Positions 44,115-53,046 of a stretch of 64,000 nucleotides of DNA are shown piece after piece. A program made the position numbers and the translations under genes. This DNA comes from an uncultured Actinomycetota bacterium (GTDB lineage Bacteria; Actinomycetota; Actinomycetes; Mycobacteriales; SCTD01): positions 389,891 through 453,890 of the forward strand of contig CAWASC010000008.1 in assembly GCA_963784705.1 (NCBI GenBank), given 5' to 3'. The notes under the pieces were generated by a model. It did not search any database and was not told the origin of the DNA. It worked only from the letters and a program-made list of their open reading frames with translations. How positions within the stretch are numbered: position 1 is the first letter of the stretch; each line of letters opens with the position of its first letter.

Positions 44115-44695
44115 GCCGGTGTGCCCCAGAGCGCCTCGTCGTCGTCCCCGTCGGCGGTGAGGTAAGGACGCCAGCGGGGATCGACGCGCTTGGTGCCCAC
44201 GATGCGCCAGGCCTCGCCGCGGGGGGCAGTCGGGGTGCGGCGCAGCCGCCAGCCCAGGTCGGAGACGGTGCGGTCGGCCTTGACGTGGTTGCACCGGGCG
44301 CAGGCGGACACGACGTTCTCCCACGTGTGCGGTCCGCCCCTGCTGCGCGGCACCACGTGGTCCAGGCTGGTCGCCGGCGCGTTGCAGTAGACGCATCGGC
44401 CGCCGTCGCGCGCGAAGACCGCCTTGCGACTCAGCGGGACGGTGCCCCGGAAGGGGACCCGCACGAACCGGGTGAGGCGCACGACCGCCGGCACGGTCAC
44501 GTCGGCGCGTTCGCTGTGCAGCACCTGGTCACCCGGGGCGACAGCCACCGCCTTGTCGGTGAGCAGGAGCACGACCGCACGACGACCGGACACCACGCAC
44601 AGCGGCTCGTAGCTCGCGTTGAGCACCAAGGCCTGCCCGGGGAGCACGGGCACCGCAGCAGGCGTCGCTGACGTCCCTGCTGGCGGTGCGGCCAC
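44111..44695 (-). CDS. HNH endonuclease (McrA-like, Rv2469c family)
   Basis: LVLNASYEPL, CVYC, DHVVPRSRGG, WENVVSACARCN. Confidence 0.9.
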   Translation of the reverse strand: MAAPPAGTSATPAAVPVLPGQALVLNASYEPLCVVSGRRAVVLLLTDKAVAVAPGDQVLHSERADVTVPAVVRLTRFVRVPFRGTVPLSRKAVFARDGGRCVYCNAPATSLDHVVPRSRGGPHTWENVVSACARCNHVKADRTVSDLGWRLRRTPTAPRGEAWRIVGTKRVDPRWRPYLTADGDDDEALWGTPA

Positions 44696-44787
44696 GGCAT
44701 CCTCCCTGGCGCCATCCTGCCCGACCGCACGCCCGCGCGCCACGAGGATCCCCTGGGCCCGGTGCAGGCCGTCTTAGGGTCGAGGAC

Positions 44788-45735
44788 GTGAGAGCTGATG
44801 CGAACACCTTCACGACCTGGTTCGACAACCACGGATCAGCGCTGATCGAGGGCGCGCTGAGGGTGGGCCTGGTGGTGCTGCTCGCCCTCGTCTTCCGGGC
44901 GCTGCTGCACCGGGTGATCAACCGGCTGGTCAAGACCGCGGTCGAGGGCAGCGTGCCCGTCCCCCTGCGCCCGTTGCGCAACCGCGCGCGCGGCACGGTC
45001 TTCGAACCCTCCCCGCTGCTGTCCGAACGACGCCGCCAGCGCGCCGAGACGCTCGGCTCGGTCCTGCGGAGCATCGCCTCCTTCACCGTCGGCTTCGTCG
45101 CCACCGCGATGATCCTGTCCGAGCTCGGGCTCAACCTCACGCCCGTCGTCGCCTCGGCGGGGATCGTCGGTGTGGCCGTCGGCTTCGGTGCGCAGAACTT
45201 GGTGAAGGACTTCCTCACCGGCATGTTCATGCTCCTCGAGGACCAGTACGGCGTCGGTGACGTCGTCGACGCCGGCGAGGCGACCGGCACGGTCGAGTCG
45301 GTCACCCTGCGCACGACCCGACTGCGCGACGTGCAGGGCACGGTCTGGCACATCCGCAACGGCGAGATCACCCGGATCGGCAACAAGAGCCAGGGCTGGG
45401 CCCGTGCCCTCCTGGACATCCCGCTCGACCTGTCGACCGACGTCCCCGCCGTACGCGCGCTCACGCTGTCCGTCGCGGAGGCGATGTGCGAGGAGGAGGA
45501 GTTCGCCGACAAGATCGTGGAGGATCCCGAGGTCTGGGGCCTGCAGGCGATCGGCGCGGACGGCCTCGTGCTGCGGATCGCGCTGAAGACCGCGCCGCTG
45601 GCGCAGTGGGCGGTCGAGCGGGCCCTGCGCGAGCGCCTCATGAAGGCCTTCGAGACCAACGGCGTGCTCATCGGGATCCCGCTGCACGGCGTACGCGGCG
45701 GCGGGACGTCCGACCCGACCACCGCCGACGCCTAA
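44788..45735 (+). CDS. Small-conductance mechanosensitive channel (MscS/YbiO family)
   Basis: [29 protein letters not shown]...[12 protein letters not shown]. Confidence 0.9.
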   Translation: MRADANTFTTWFDNHGSALIEGALRVGLVVLLALVFRALLHRVINRLVKTAVEGSVPVPLRPLRNRARGTVFEPSPLLSERRRQRAETLGSVLRSIASFTVGFVATAMILSELGLNLTPVVASAGIVGVAVGFGAQNLVKDFLTGMFMLLEDQYGVGDVVDAGEATGTVESVTLRTTRLRDVQGTVWHIRNGEITRIGNKSQGWARALLDIPLDLSTDVPAVRALTLSVAEAMCEEEEFADKIVEDPEVWGLQAIGADGLVLRIALKTAPLAQWAVERALRERLMKAFETNGVLIGIPLHGVRGGGTSDPTTADA

Positions 45736-45745
45736 CCTGACGCCC

Positions 45746-46129
45746 ATGGGAACGCTGTACGACGCCGTCGGTCCGGCGGTGTTCGAGGAGCTCGTCGCGC
45801 GCTTCTACGCCGGTGTGGCGCTCGACCCGGTGCTGCGTCCGCTCTACCCCGACGAGGACCTGACGGCAGCGCAGGAGCGCTTGACGCTGTTCCTCGTGCA
45901 GTACTGGGGCGGCCCGACGACGTACTCCGACGCGCGTGGCCATCCCCGGCTGCGGATGCGGCACGCCGAGTGGGTCATCGGCGAGCGCGAGCGCGACGCC
46001 TGGCTCGGCCACATGCGATCCGCCCTCGACGGCATCGACGGCGAGGCGCTGCCCGACGAGCCGCGCGCTGCGGTGTGGGAGCACCTCGAGCGCGCAGCGC
46101 ACTCCCTGGTCAACGCGCCCCTGCACTGA
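45746..46129 (+). CDS. glbO: Group II truncated hemoglobin
   Basis: [31 protein letters not shown]. Confidence 0.92.
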   Translation: MGTLYDAVGPAVFEELVARFYAGVALDPVLRPLYPDEDLTAAQERLTLFLVQYWGGPTTYSDARGHPRLRMRHAEWVIGERERDAWLGHMRSALDGIDGEALPDEPRAAVWEHLERAAHSLVNAPLH

Positions 46130-46144
46130 CCCTCCCTCGGCGCC

Positions 46145-46171
46145 TCACAGACCTGCCGCTCCCGCCGATGG
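46145..46171 (+). promoter_or_regulatory. Sigma-28 (FliA/WhiG-type) promoter for flgN-flgK-flgL
   Basis: TCAC-N15-GCCGATGG. Confidence 0.7.
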
Positions 46172-46190
46172 TGCGGTGAGGAGGTCGTCC

Positions 46191-46667
46191 ATGGAGGCCC
46201 TGGCCCGACTGCTGACCCGCGAGCGTGTGCTCGTGGACCTGCTGGTGTTCAAGCTCGTGGAGCTGCGGCTGATGCTGCTCGCCGGGGAGACGCGCTTCCT
46301 CGGCTGGGCCAGCGAGGAGGTCGACCGGGCCACCAACGCGGTCCGCGACGCCGAGCTCGAACGGGCCGTCCTGGTCACGGAGCTGGGAGCGAACCGGGGG
46401 CTGGACGCACCGACGCTGACCGAGCTGCTGCACGACGCGCCCGAGCCGTGGCAGGGGCTGCTGCAGACCGAGCACGAGGCCCTGCGCCGGTCCGCGGGTG
46501 AGGTGCGCGAGCTGTTGACGGTGACCAAGCGCCTGGCCGACGCCGGGGCACGCAGCATGGCGGAGAGCCTCGGGACAGCCGGCACGTCCGGGACCGCCGG
46601 CGGGTCGACCTACGGGCCGGGCGGACCCGTCACGACGACCGCTCCGCGCGTGCAGCGCGTGCTCTGA
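46191..46667 (+). CDS. flgN: Flagellar export chaperone FlgN
   Basis: LTRER.L..LL.FKL....L.L..G.TR.L..A..E pattern, APEPW; TGATG overlap with flgK. Confidence 0.8.
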   Translation: MEALARLLTRERVLVDLLVFKLVELRLMLLAGETRFLGWASEEVDRATNAVRDAELERAVLVTELGANRGLDAPTLTELLHDAPEPWQGLLQTEHEALRRSAGEVRELLTVTKRLADAGARSMAESLGTAGTSGTAGGSTYGPGGPVTTTAPRVQRVL

Positions 46668-48058
46668 TGTTCAGCAGCCTGTCCATCGGCGCGTCGGCGC
46701 TCTACGCCGCCCAGCGCGCGGTGGAGGTCGCGGCCCACAACGTCGCCAACGCGACGAACGAGAGCTACACCCGGCAGCGGGTGACGGTGCAGGCGTCGAC
46801 ACCGACGTACGGCACCGCCGGGTCCGTGGGCTCGGGCGACCGCGGCACCGGCGTCACGATCGTCGGCCTGAGCCGGATGCGCGACCGGTTGGCCGACGTC
46901 TCCTTCCGCAGCGAGGCCGGCAACGCCGGCGCCTCGTCGGCGCGTGCAGAGACGCTGTCGCGCGCCGAGTCCATCCTCGGCACCTACGGCGACGGCGCAC
47001 CAGAGGCCCTCTCGGCCTTCCTGTCCTCGTGGGACCAGCTGTCCACCGCTCCTGACGACAGCGCAGCCCGCAGCAGCGTCCTCGCTGCCGGGTCACACCT
47101 GGCCGACGCGCTGACCGGCGCCGCCAGCAAGCTCGACGCCGTGAGCAACGAGGTGGGCCTGCGCGTGTCCGACGACGTGACCGAGCTCAACGGGCTGCTG
47201 TCCAGCGTGGCCAAGCTCAACGGGTCGATCGTCAAGGCACAGACCGAGCAGCGCGAGCCCAACGACCTGCTCGACCAGCGCGACGCCGCGCTCGACCGGA
47301 TCGCCACCCTGACCGGTGCCCGCATCGACGCGCAGCGCGACGGGTCGGTGACCCTGACAACGGCCAGCGGCACGCGGTTGGTCGAGGGGCAGACCGCGGT
47401 CACCCTCACCGCCAGCAGCACCAACCCGGTCAGCGTGTCCGTCGCCGGTGCTCCTCTGGCGCTGGCCGGGGAGATCGGCGGGTACGTCAGCGCCGCGGCC
47501 ACCGACCTCCCGGCGTACCGCGCCCAGCTCGACGCCGTCGCTGTCCAGCTGCGGGACGTGGTCAACACCGCGCACCGCGCCGGCGTCGGCCTCGACGGCT
47601 CGACCGGCAAGGACTTCTTCACCGGGGCGAGCGCCGCCGACCTGGCAGTGAACCCCGCTCTGCTCGCCAGCGGCGTCGCCGCCGGCACGTCACTGACGCA
47701 CACCGACAGCACCGGCGCGAGCGTCCCCGGCGCCGCCCCCGGTGACGGCACCGGCGCCCTGGCCCTCGTGTCGGCGCTGCGCACCACCCGTGACGGCAAC
47801 GGTCAGAGCGTCGCCGACCGGCTCCGGGCCGTCGGCAGCCGGATCGGCCAGGCCTCGGCCGATGCGACCCGCAACGCGACGACGGCGAACGCCTCCCTCA
47901 CCTCGGCTAAGACCGCGCGCTCCAGTGCCGATGGGGTCTCCGTGGACGAGGAGATGGTCGACCTGGTGAAGTTCCAGCACTCGTACGAGGCTGCTGCCCG
48001 GGTCATCTCCATCGCCGACGGGATGCTCGACAAGCTCATCAACAGCATGGTCCGGTGA
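46667..48058 (+). CDS. flgK: Flagellar hook-associated protein 1
   Basis: AHNVANATNESYTRQ, NDLLDQRD, GVSVDEEMVDL..FQHSYEAAARV. Confidence 0.95.
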   Translation: MFSSLSIGASALYAAQRAVEVAAHNVANATNESYTRQRVTVQASTPTYGTAGSVGSGDRGTGVTIVGLSRMRDRLADVSFRSEAGNAGASSARAETLSRAESILGTYGDGAPEALSAFLSSWDQLSTAPDDSAARSSVLAAGSHLADALTGAASKLDAVSNEVGLRVSDDVTELNGLLSSVAKLNGSIVKAQTEQREPNDLLDQRDAALDRIATLTGARIDAQRDGSVTLTTASGTRLVEGQTAVTLTASSTNPVSVSVAGAPLALAGEIGGYVSAAATDLPAYRAQLDAVAVQLRDVVNTAHRAGVGLDGSTGKDFFTGASAADLAVNPALLASGVAAGTSLTHTDSTGASVPGAAPGDGTGALALVSALRTTRDGNGQSVADRLRAVGSRIGQASADATRNATTANASLTSAKTARSSADGVSVDEEMVDLVKFQHSYEAAARVISIADGMLDKLINSMVR

Positions 48059-48062
48059 GACC

Positions 48063-48959
48063 ATGAGGGTCAGCACCATCGGCAGCTACCTCACGACTGC
48101 GTCGAGCCTCGGGGCGGCACTCGAGCGCGTGCAGCGGGTCCAGACGCAGGTCGGCACCGGCAAGGCCGTCACGCGTTGGTCGGACGACGCCCCTGCCGCG
48201 ACCGCGGCCGAGCGCTACCGCTCCGAGGAGGCCGACTGGACCTCTTTCCAGCGCAGCGCCACCGACGCGCAGGGCTGGCTGGGTACGGCGGACGGCACGC
48301 TGCAGTCGATGTCCTCGCTGATGACCCGGGCCAAGGGGCTGGCCGTCTCGGCGATCAGCGGCGGGCTGTCCGACGAGAGCCGCAAGGCCATCGCCGACGA
48401 GCTCGACCAGATCCGCACCGAGATGCGCGACCTCGGCAACACCAGCCACCTGGGCCGGTCCCTGTTCGGCGGCTTCGGCGCCCAGGCCCTCACCACGGAC
48501 GCCGACGGCACGATCCGCTACACCGGCGACGCCGGCCAGGTGGCCCGCCAGGTGAGCCCCACGATCACCCTCGGCGTGAACGTCACCGGAGCACCCGGCG
48601 GGGACGACCTGTTCGGCTTCGGCTCACAGGACGTCTTCACCGTCCTCGGCACCCTGAGCGCTGCCGTGCGCAACGACGACTCCGCGACCGTGGCGGCCAC
48701 ACAAGGCGCCCTGCAGGACCGGCACAGCAGCATCCTGCACGGCCTCGCCAAGGTCGGCAGCACCACCAACCGGGTGGACTCCGCCTACGACGCGGGCAGC
48801 GTGGCGCTCACCGACCTCGCCAGCCGGCGCTCCCAGCTCGAGGACGTCGACATGGCCAAGGCCGTGCTCGAGATGAGCTCTGCGCAGGCGGGCTACTCCG
48901 CAGCGCTCGGCGCCGCCAGCCGCGCGAACCTGCCGTCCCTGGCCGACTTCCTCAAGTGA
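48063..48959 (+). CDS. flgL: Flagellar hook-associated protein 3
   Basis: TGK....SDD, LFGG, EDVDMAKA, C-terminal SLADFL. Confidence 0.9.
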   Translation: MRVSTIGSYLTTASSLGAALERVQRVQTQVGTGKAVTRWSDDAPAATAAERYRSEEADWTSFQRSATDAQGWLGTADGTLQSMSSLMTRAKGLAVSAISGGLSDESRKAIADELDQIRTEMRDLGNTSHLGRSLFGGFGAQALTTDADGTIRYTGDAGQVARQVSPTITLGVNVTGAPGGDDLFGFGSQDVFTVLGTLSAAVRNDDSATVAATQGALQDRHSSILHGLAKVGSTTNRVDSAYDAGSVALTDLASRRSQLEDVDMAKAVLEMSSAQAGYSAALGAASRANLPSLADFLK

Positions 48960-49048
48960 CCTTCCGCTCCTGCACCTGCACGCCCTGAAAGACAGCCGGT
49001 CAGGACGACCGGTGCCCCGACCCAAGGACGGCCGTCCTCGAGGACGCC

Positions 49049-51085
49049 ATGCCCCCCGGACTCCACCTGCTGCTGCTCGGCCAGCACGGCCCCGCGGCGA
49101 CGCAGCAGGTCCTGCGCGGGCTCGCCCAGGTCGTGGACGGGGAGTGGCACGTCGTGCCGGCCGAGCCGGGCGACATCGGGGAACGGGTCGTCTCCTCCAC
49201 CCGCGCCGTCGAGGGAACCGTGCTCATCGCGGACGGCAGCAGTCTCGACCTGATCGCCGCTCTCACCGCCACGACGCCCGCGTCCGGCCGCGGCTGGCTG
49301 CGCGTGGACGCGCGAGACCTCGACCGCCCGGTGGTCACCGCCGCTCGGTCCTTCGCTGCCCTGCAGGCGCTGACGACCGTGGCGGGACGCCCCCTGCGCC
49401 GGCTGTCCACCGGCACCCGCCCCTTGCTGTCGGCCTCGCTCATCGTCAAGGACGAGCAGACCGCGCTGCCCACCTGTCTCGCCTCGCTCGACGGCCGCGT
49501 CGACGAGATCGTCGTCTGCGACACCGGCTCCTCCGACCGGACGGTCGAGATCGCCGAATCGTTCGGCGCCCGCGTCGTCCACGCCCCCTGGACGCACGAC
49601 TTCGCCGCGGCCCGCAACGTGCCCCTCGCCGCCTGCACCGGCGCGTGGGTGCTCAGCATCGATGCGGACGAGCAGCTGGTCGCGCCCCGCGCCGGTGACC
49701 TGCGCCGTGCTCTGACGCCACGTGGCGTCCCGGCGTACGGCGTCCTCATCCGCTCCGAGACCGACGACGCGAGCGAGGGGGCCGGCTTCGAGCACGAGGC
49801 GATCCGGCTGTTCCGCCGCGAAAGCCTGGTGTGGGTCGGGGCCGTCCACGAGACCGTGGCGCACCACCGGACCGGAGCTCCCCCGGAGGCTCGGCGCTTC
49901 ACCGGCATCGCGATCAACCACGACGGCTACCTCGGCAGCGTCTACCGCGAACGTGACAAGGCCGCCCGCAACCTGCTCCTCGCCGAGAAGGACTACGAGG
50001 CGGCGCGTTCGGGTGCGCTGGGCCGCTCGGTGTCCAAGACCGCCTACGAGCTCGCCCGGGCCCTGTCACTGCGCGCCGGCACCGAGCAGCGGCAGGAGCT
50101 GCTCCTGCGCGAGGCCCTGGCTCAGATGCCCGCGGGCATGGGGAGGCTGTCCTCCTCCGCAGCGCTGCGGCTCGCCGGCCTCCTGCGGCGGTCGGGCCGC
50201 TCCGACGAGGCGCTCGCCTGGGCCGAGCAGGCCGTGACGCGCTCACCGTCCGACCCGACGGCGGCGTGGGAGCTCGCCGAGGCCCTCCGCGCGCTCGGTC
50301 GACCGGCCGAGGCCGTCGACGTGCTGGACCGATGGGCACGACAGCCGCTGCGTGCGGACGAGGCGGTGTCACGAGCAGCGGCGGTCGCCGATATCGCCGT
50401 ACCGCTGTCACGCGCGCAGGCCCTGGTGGCTCTCGATCGCGTCGACGAGGCGATCGACGCGCTGGCGGAGTGCGCGCGCGCTCACCCGGAGGCCTTCACC
50501 TCGTGGCGGTTGCTGGCCGACCTGCTCCGCCAGCAGCACCCGGGGACGTGGGCCGACGACCTCGCGGCGCTCGCGCCGGCGGAGGCCTTCGGGATGCTCG
50601 CCGCCCTCGACAGCCTCGAGCCGGCCGAGAGCCGACAGCTGCTCAGCGCCCTCCGGGCACGGGGCATCGACCCGGCGGCGCACGCCGCCGATGCCGGCTT
50701 CCGCAGCGCTCTCGCCGACGCCCTGTCCGATCGGGACCCCGAGGCGGTGGCGCAGGCGGCCCTGGCGCTCGAGGCGGAGCAACCGCACCTGGCACTGCAA
50801 GCCTGGTTGCAGGTCCCGCCCGGCGGCCGACGTCAGGTGGCCCTCGCCCGCTGCCACCTGGCCCTCGACGACCTCGAGGGCGCCTTTGCCGCCCTCGACG
50901 ACCTCGACGTGGCGAGCCTGAGCCCCCCGGACGTCGTCACGGTGGCCCTGCTCGCGGCGCACGCCGGCGACACCGACACCGCCTGGGCCGTGCTCGACAC
51001 GCTGCCCCCGGACCTGTCACCCGCTGTGCAAGAGCAGGTGGCTCTCCTTCACGCTGCGTTACCCACTCGGGTAGACCTGGGCTGA
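49049..51085 (+). CDS. GT2 glycosyltransferase with TPR-like helical repeats (candidate flagellin O-glycosyltransferase)
   Basis: SLIVKDE, DTGSSD, DFAAARN, IDADE, GAVHE, HDGY...RN; located between flgL and the flagellins. Confidence 0.85.
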   Translation: MPPGLHLLLLGQHGPAATQQVLRGLAQVVDGEWHVVPAEPGDIGERVVSSTRAVEGTVLIADGSSLDLIAALTATTPASGRGWLRVDARDLDRPVVTAARSFAALQALTTVAGRPLRRLSTGTRPLLSASLIVKDEQTALPTCLASLDGRVDEIVVCDTGSSDRTVEIAESFGARVVHAPWTHDFAAARNVPLAACTGAWVLSIDADEQLVAPRAGDLRRALTPRGVPAYGVLIRSETDDASEGAGFEHEAIRLFRRESLVWVGAVHETVAHHRTGAPPEARRFTGIAINHDGYLGSVYRERDKAARNLLLAEKDYEAARSGALGRSVSKTAYELARALSLRAGTEQRQELLLREALAQMPAGMGRLSSSAALRLAGLLRRSGRSDEALAWAEQAVTRSPSDPTAAWELAEALRALGRPAEAVDVLDRWARQPLRADEAVSRAAAVADIAVPLSRAQALVALDRVDEAIDALAECARAHPEAFTSWRLLADLLRQQHPGTWADDLAALAPAEAFGMLAALDSLEPAESRQLLSALRARGIDPAAHAADAGFRSALADALSDRDPEAVAQAALALEAEQPHLALQAWLQVPPGGRRQVALARCHLALDDLEGAFAALDDLDVASLSPPDVVTVALLAAHAGDTDTAWAVLDTLPPDLSPAVQEQVALLHAALPTRVDLG

Positions 51086-51091
51086 TCCCGT

Positions 51092-51172
51092 TCACCTGGT
51101 GCGCACCTGGCCCGATACGAACGTTGTTCCACAGGACGTGGGACGCACTCGTATCACCCCAGGAAGGGGATC
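51092..51172 (+). promoter_or_regulatory. Sigma-28 promoter and two CsrA-type GGA hairpins in flagellin 1 leader
   Basis: TCAC-N15-CCCGATAC; CCAC-AGGAC-GTGG and CCCC-AGGAA-GGGG. Confidence 0.65.
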
Positions 51173-51175
51173 ACC

Positions 51176-51976
51176 ATGTCTCTGCGCGTCAACACCAACG
51201 TTGCGGCCATGAACAGCTACCGCAACCTCACCACCACCGAGAGCGCCCTCGGCAAGTCGCTCGAGAAGCTCTCCTCCGGCTTCCGCATCAACCGCGCTGC
51301 CGACGACGCCGCCGGCCTCGTCAACAGCGAGTCGCTGCGCAGCCAGATCGGCGGCCTCACCGTCGCCAGCCGCAACGCCCAGGACGGCATCAGCGTCGCG
51401 CAGACGGCTGAAGGCGCCCTGAACGAGGTCACCTCGATCCTGCAGCGCATGCGCGACCTCGCGGTGCAGAAGGCCAACACCGGTGGCAACAGCACCACGG
51501 CGAACTCCGCGATCGACCAGGAGTACACCGCCCTCGCCTCCGAGATCACGCGGATCGGGACCAGCACGAAGTTCAACGGCAACAGCCTGCTCGACGGCAG
51601 CTACTCCGGCACGTTCCAGGTCGGCTCGGAGTCCGCGGACTCGGTGGCCCTCGGCCTGACCAGCGCCGGTGCCAACCTGGCCTCCGTGGCCAGCAGCCTG
51701 GGCAGCGTCGACATCGACAAGGTCGACGCCGCCATCAAGAACGTCTCCACGGCGCGCGGCACCCTCGGCGCGTTCCAGAACCGGATGGAGCACACCGTGG
51801 CCAACCTCGGTGTCGCGGTGGAGAACCTGTCCGCGTCGGAGTCCCGCATCCGCGACACGGACATGGCCAAGGAGATGACCGGCTTCAGCCGCAACCAGAT
51901 CCTGGCCCAGGCCGGTACGGCGATGCTCGCGCAGGCGAACCAGTCCTCGCAGGGCGTGCTCTCCCTGCTGCGCTAG
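51176..51976 (+). CDS. fliC: Flagellin 1 (266 aa)
   Basis: RVNTN, LSSGFRINRAADDAAGL, ILQRMRDLAVQ, SRIRDTDMA, QANQ. Confidence 0.98.
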   Translation: MSLRVNTNVAAMNSYRNLTTTESALGKSLEKLSSGFRINRAADDAAGLVNSESLRSQIGGLTVASRNAQDGISVAQTAEGALNEVTSILQRMRDLAVQKANTGGNSTTANSAIDQEYTALASEITRIGTSTKFNGNSLLDGSYSGTFQVGSESADSVALGLTSAGANLASVASSLGSVDIDKVDAAIKNVSTARGTLGAFQNRMEHTVANLGVAVENLSASESRIRDTDMAKEMTGFSRNQILAQAGTAMLAQANQSSQGVLSLLR

Positions 51977-52024
51977 TTCTCGCTCCCGGCCCTCGCGGTC
52001 GGGTCGTGGCCTGGCACAGCTCGT

Positions 52025-52063
52025 CCTGAGGGCCGGCTCCCCACGAGGGGGTCGGCCCTCAGG
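52025..52063 (+). terminator. Hairpin after flagellin 1
   Basis: CCTGAGGGCCG...CGGCCCTCAGG. Confidence 0.6.
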
Positions 52064-52084
52064 CGTGTCACCCGTTCGTGTCCC

Positions 52085-52162
52085 TCAACCGCTCCCCCCC
52101 GTGGCCGATGGGTCCGTGCCCAGCACGGATGCCGGGCAGAACGACACCACTCACGGATGGGA
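52085..52162 (+). promoter_or_regulatory. Sigma-28 promoter and two CsrA-type ACGGATG sites in flagellin 2 leader
   Basis: TCAA-N15-GCCGATGG; CACGGATG occurs twice, the second over the RBS region. Confidence 0.75.
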
Positions 52163-52170
52163 CAACACTC

Positions 52171-52974
52171 ATGACCCTGCGCGTCAACACCAACATCGCT
52201 GCCATGAACAGCTACCGCAACCTCTCGGTGACGGAGGGCAACCTCGGCAAGTCGCTCGAGAAGCTGTCGTCGGGCTTCCGGATCAACCGGGCGGCCGACG
52301 ACGCGGCCGGCCTCGTCAACAGCGAGTCGCTGCGCAGCCAGATCGGCGGCCTCACGGTCGCCAGCCGCAACGCCCAGGACGGCATCTCCGTCGCCCAGAC
52401 CGCGGAAGGAGCGCTCAACGAGGTCACCTCGATCCTGCAGCGCATGCGCGACCTCGCGGTGCAGAAGGCGAACGTCGGTGGCAACAGCGCGACGGCCAAC
52501 TCGGCCATCGACCAGGAGTACACCGCCCTCGCCTCGGAGATCACCCGGATCGGGACCAGCACGAAGTTCAACAGCATCCAGCTGCTGGACGGCAGCTACA
52601 ACAAGAACTTCCAGGTCGGTGCCGACTCCACGGACCTGGTCGCTCTGACCCTGACGGCCGGTGGCGCCAACCTCGCCTCCGTGGCCGCCAGCCTCGGCAG
52701 CGTCGACATCGACAGCGTCGACGCCGCCATCAAGTCGGTCTCCACGGCGCGCGGCACCCTCGGCGCGTTCCAGAACCGCATGGAGCACACCGTGGCCAAC
52801 CTCGGTGTCGCGGTGGAGAACCTGTCCGCGTCGGAGTCCCGCATCCGCGACACGGACATGGCCAAGGAGATGACCGGCTTCAGCCGCAACCAGATCCTCA
52901 GCCAGGCCGGTACGGCGATGCTCGCCCAGGCGAACCAGTCCTCGCAGGGCGTCCTGTCGCTGCTGCGCGGCTAG
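52171..52974 (+). CDS. fliC: Flagellin 2 (267 aa)
   Basis: Same motifs as flagellin 1; close paralogue. Confidence 0.98.
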   Translation: MTLRVNTNIAAMNSYRNLSVTEGNLGKSLEKLSSGFRINRAADDAAGLVNSESLRSQIGGLTVASRNAQDGISVAQTAEGALNEVTSILQRMRDLAVQKANVGGNSATANSAIDQEYTALASEITRIGTSTKFNSIQLLDGSYNKNFQVGADSTDLVALTLTAGGANLASVAASLGSVDIDSVDAAIKSVSTARGTLGAFQNRMEHTVANLGVAVENLSASESRIRDTDMAKEMTGFSRNQILSQAGTAMLAQANQSSQGVLSLLRG

Positions 52975-52984
52975 CACGACCCCC

Positions 52985-53023
52985 GGTGACGACCGGCTCC
53001 TGACCCGGGAGCCGGTCGTCACC
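52985..53023 (+). terminator. Strong hairpin between flagellin 2 and fliD
   Basis: Perfect 16-bp stem GGTGACGACCGGCTCC / GGAGCCGGTCGTCACC, no U-tract. Confidence 0.65.
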
Positions 53024-53046
53024 ACCCCAACGGCAAGGAGGACCTC

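Noticed and set aside
44111-44695. HNH gene as a defence or homing nuclease
   Set aside because: Matches the conserved core gene found between pepN and glbO in actinobacteria
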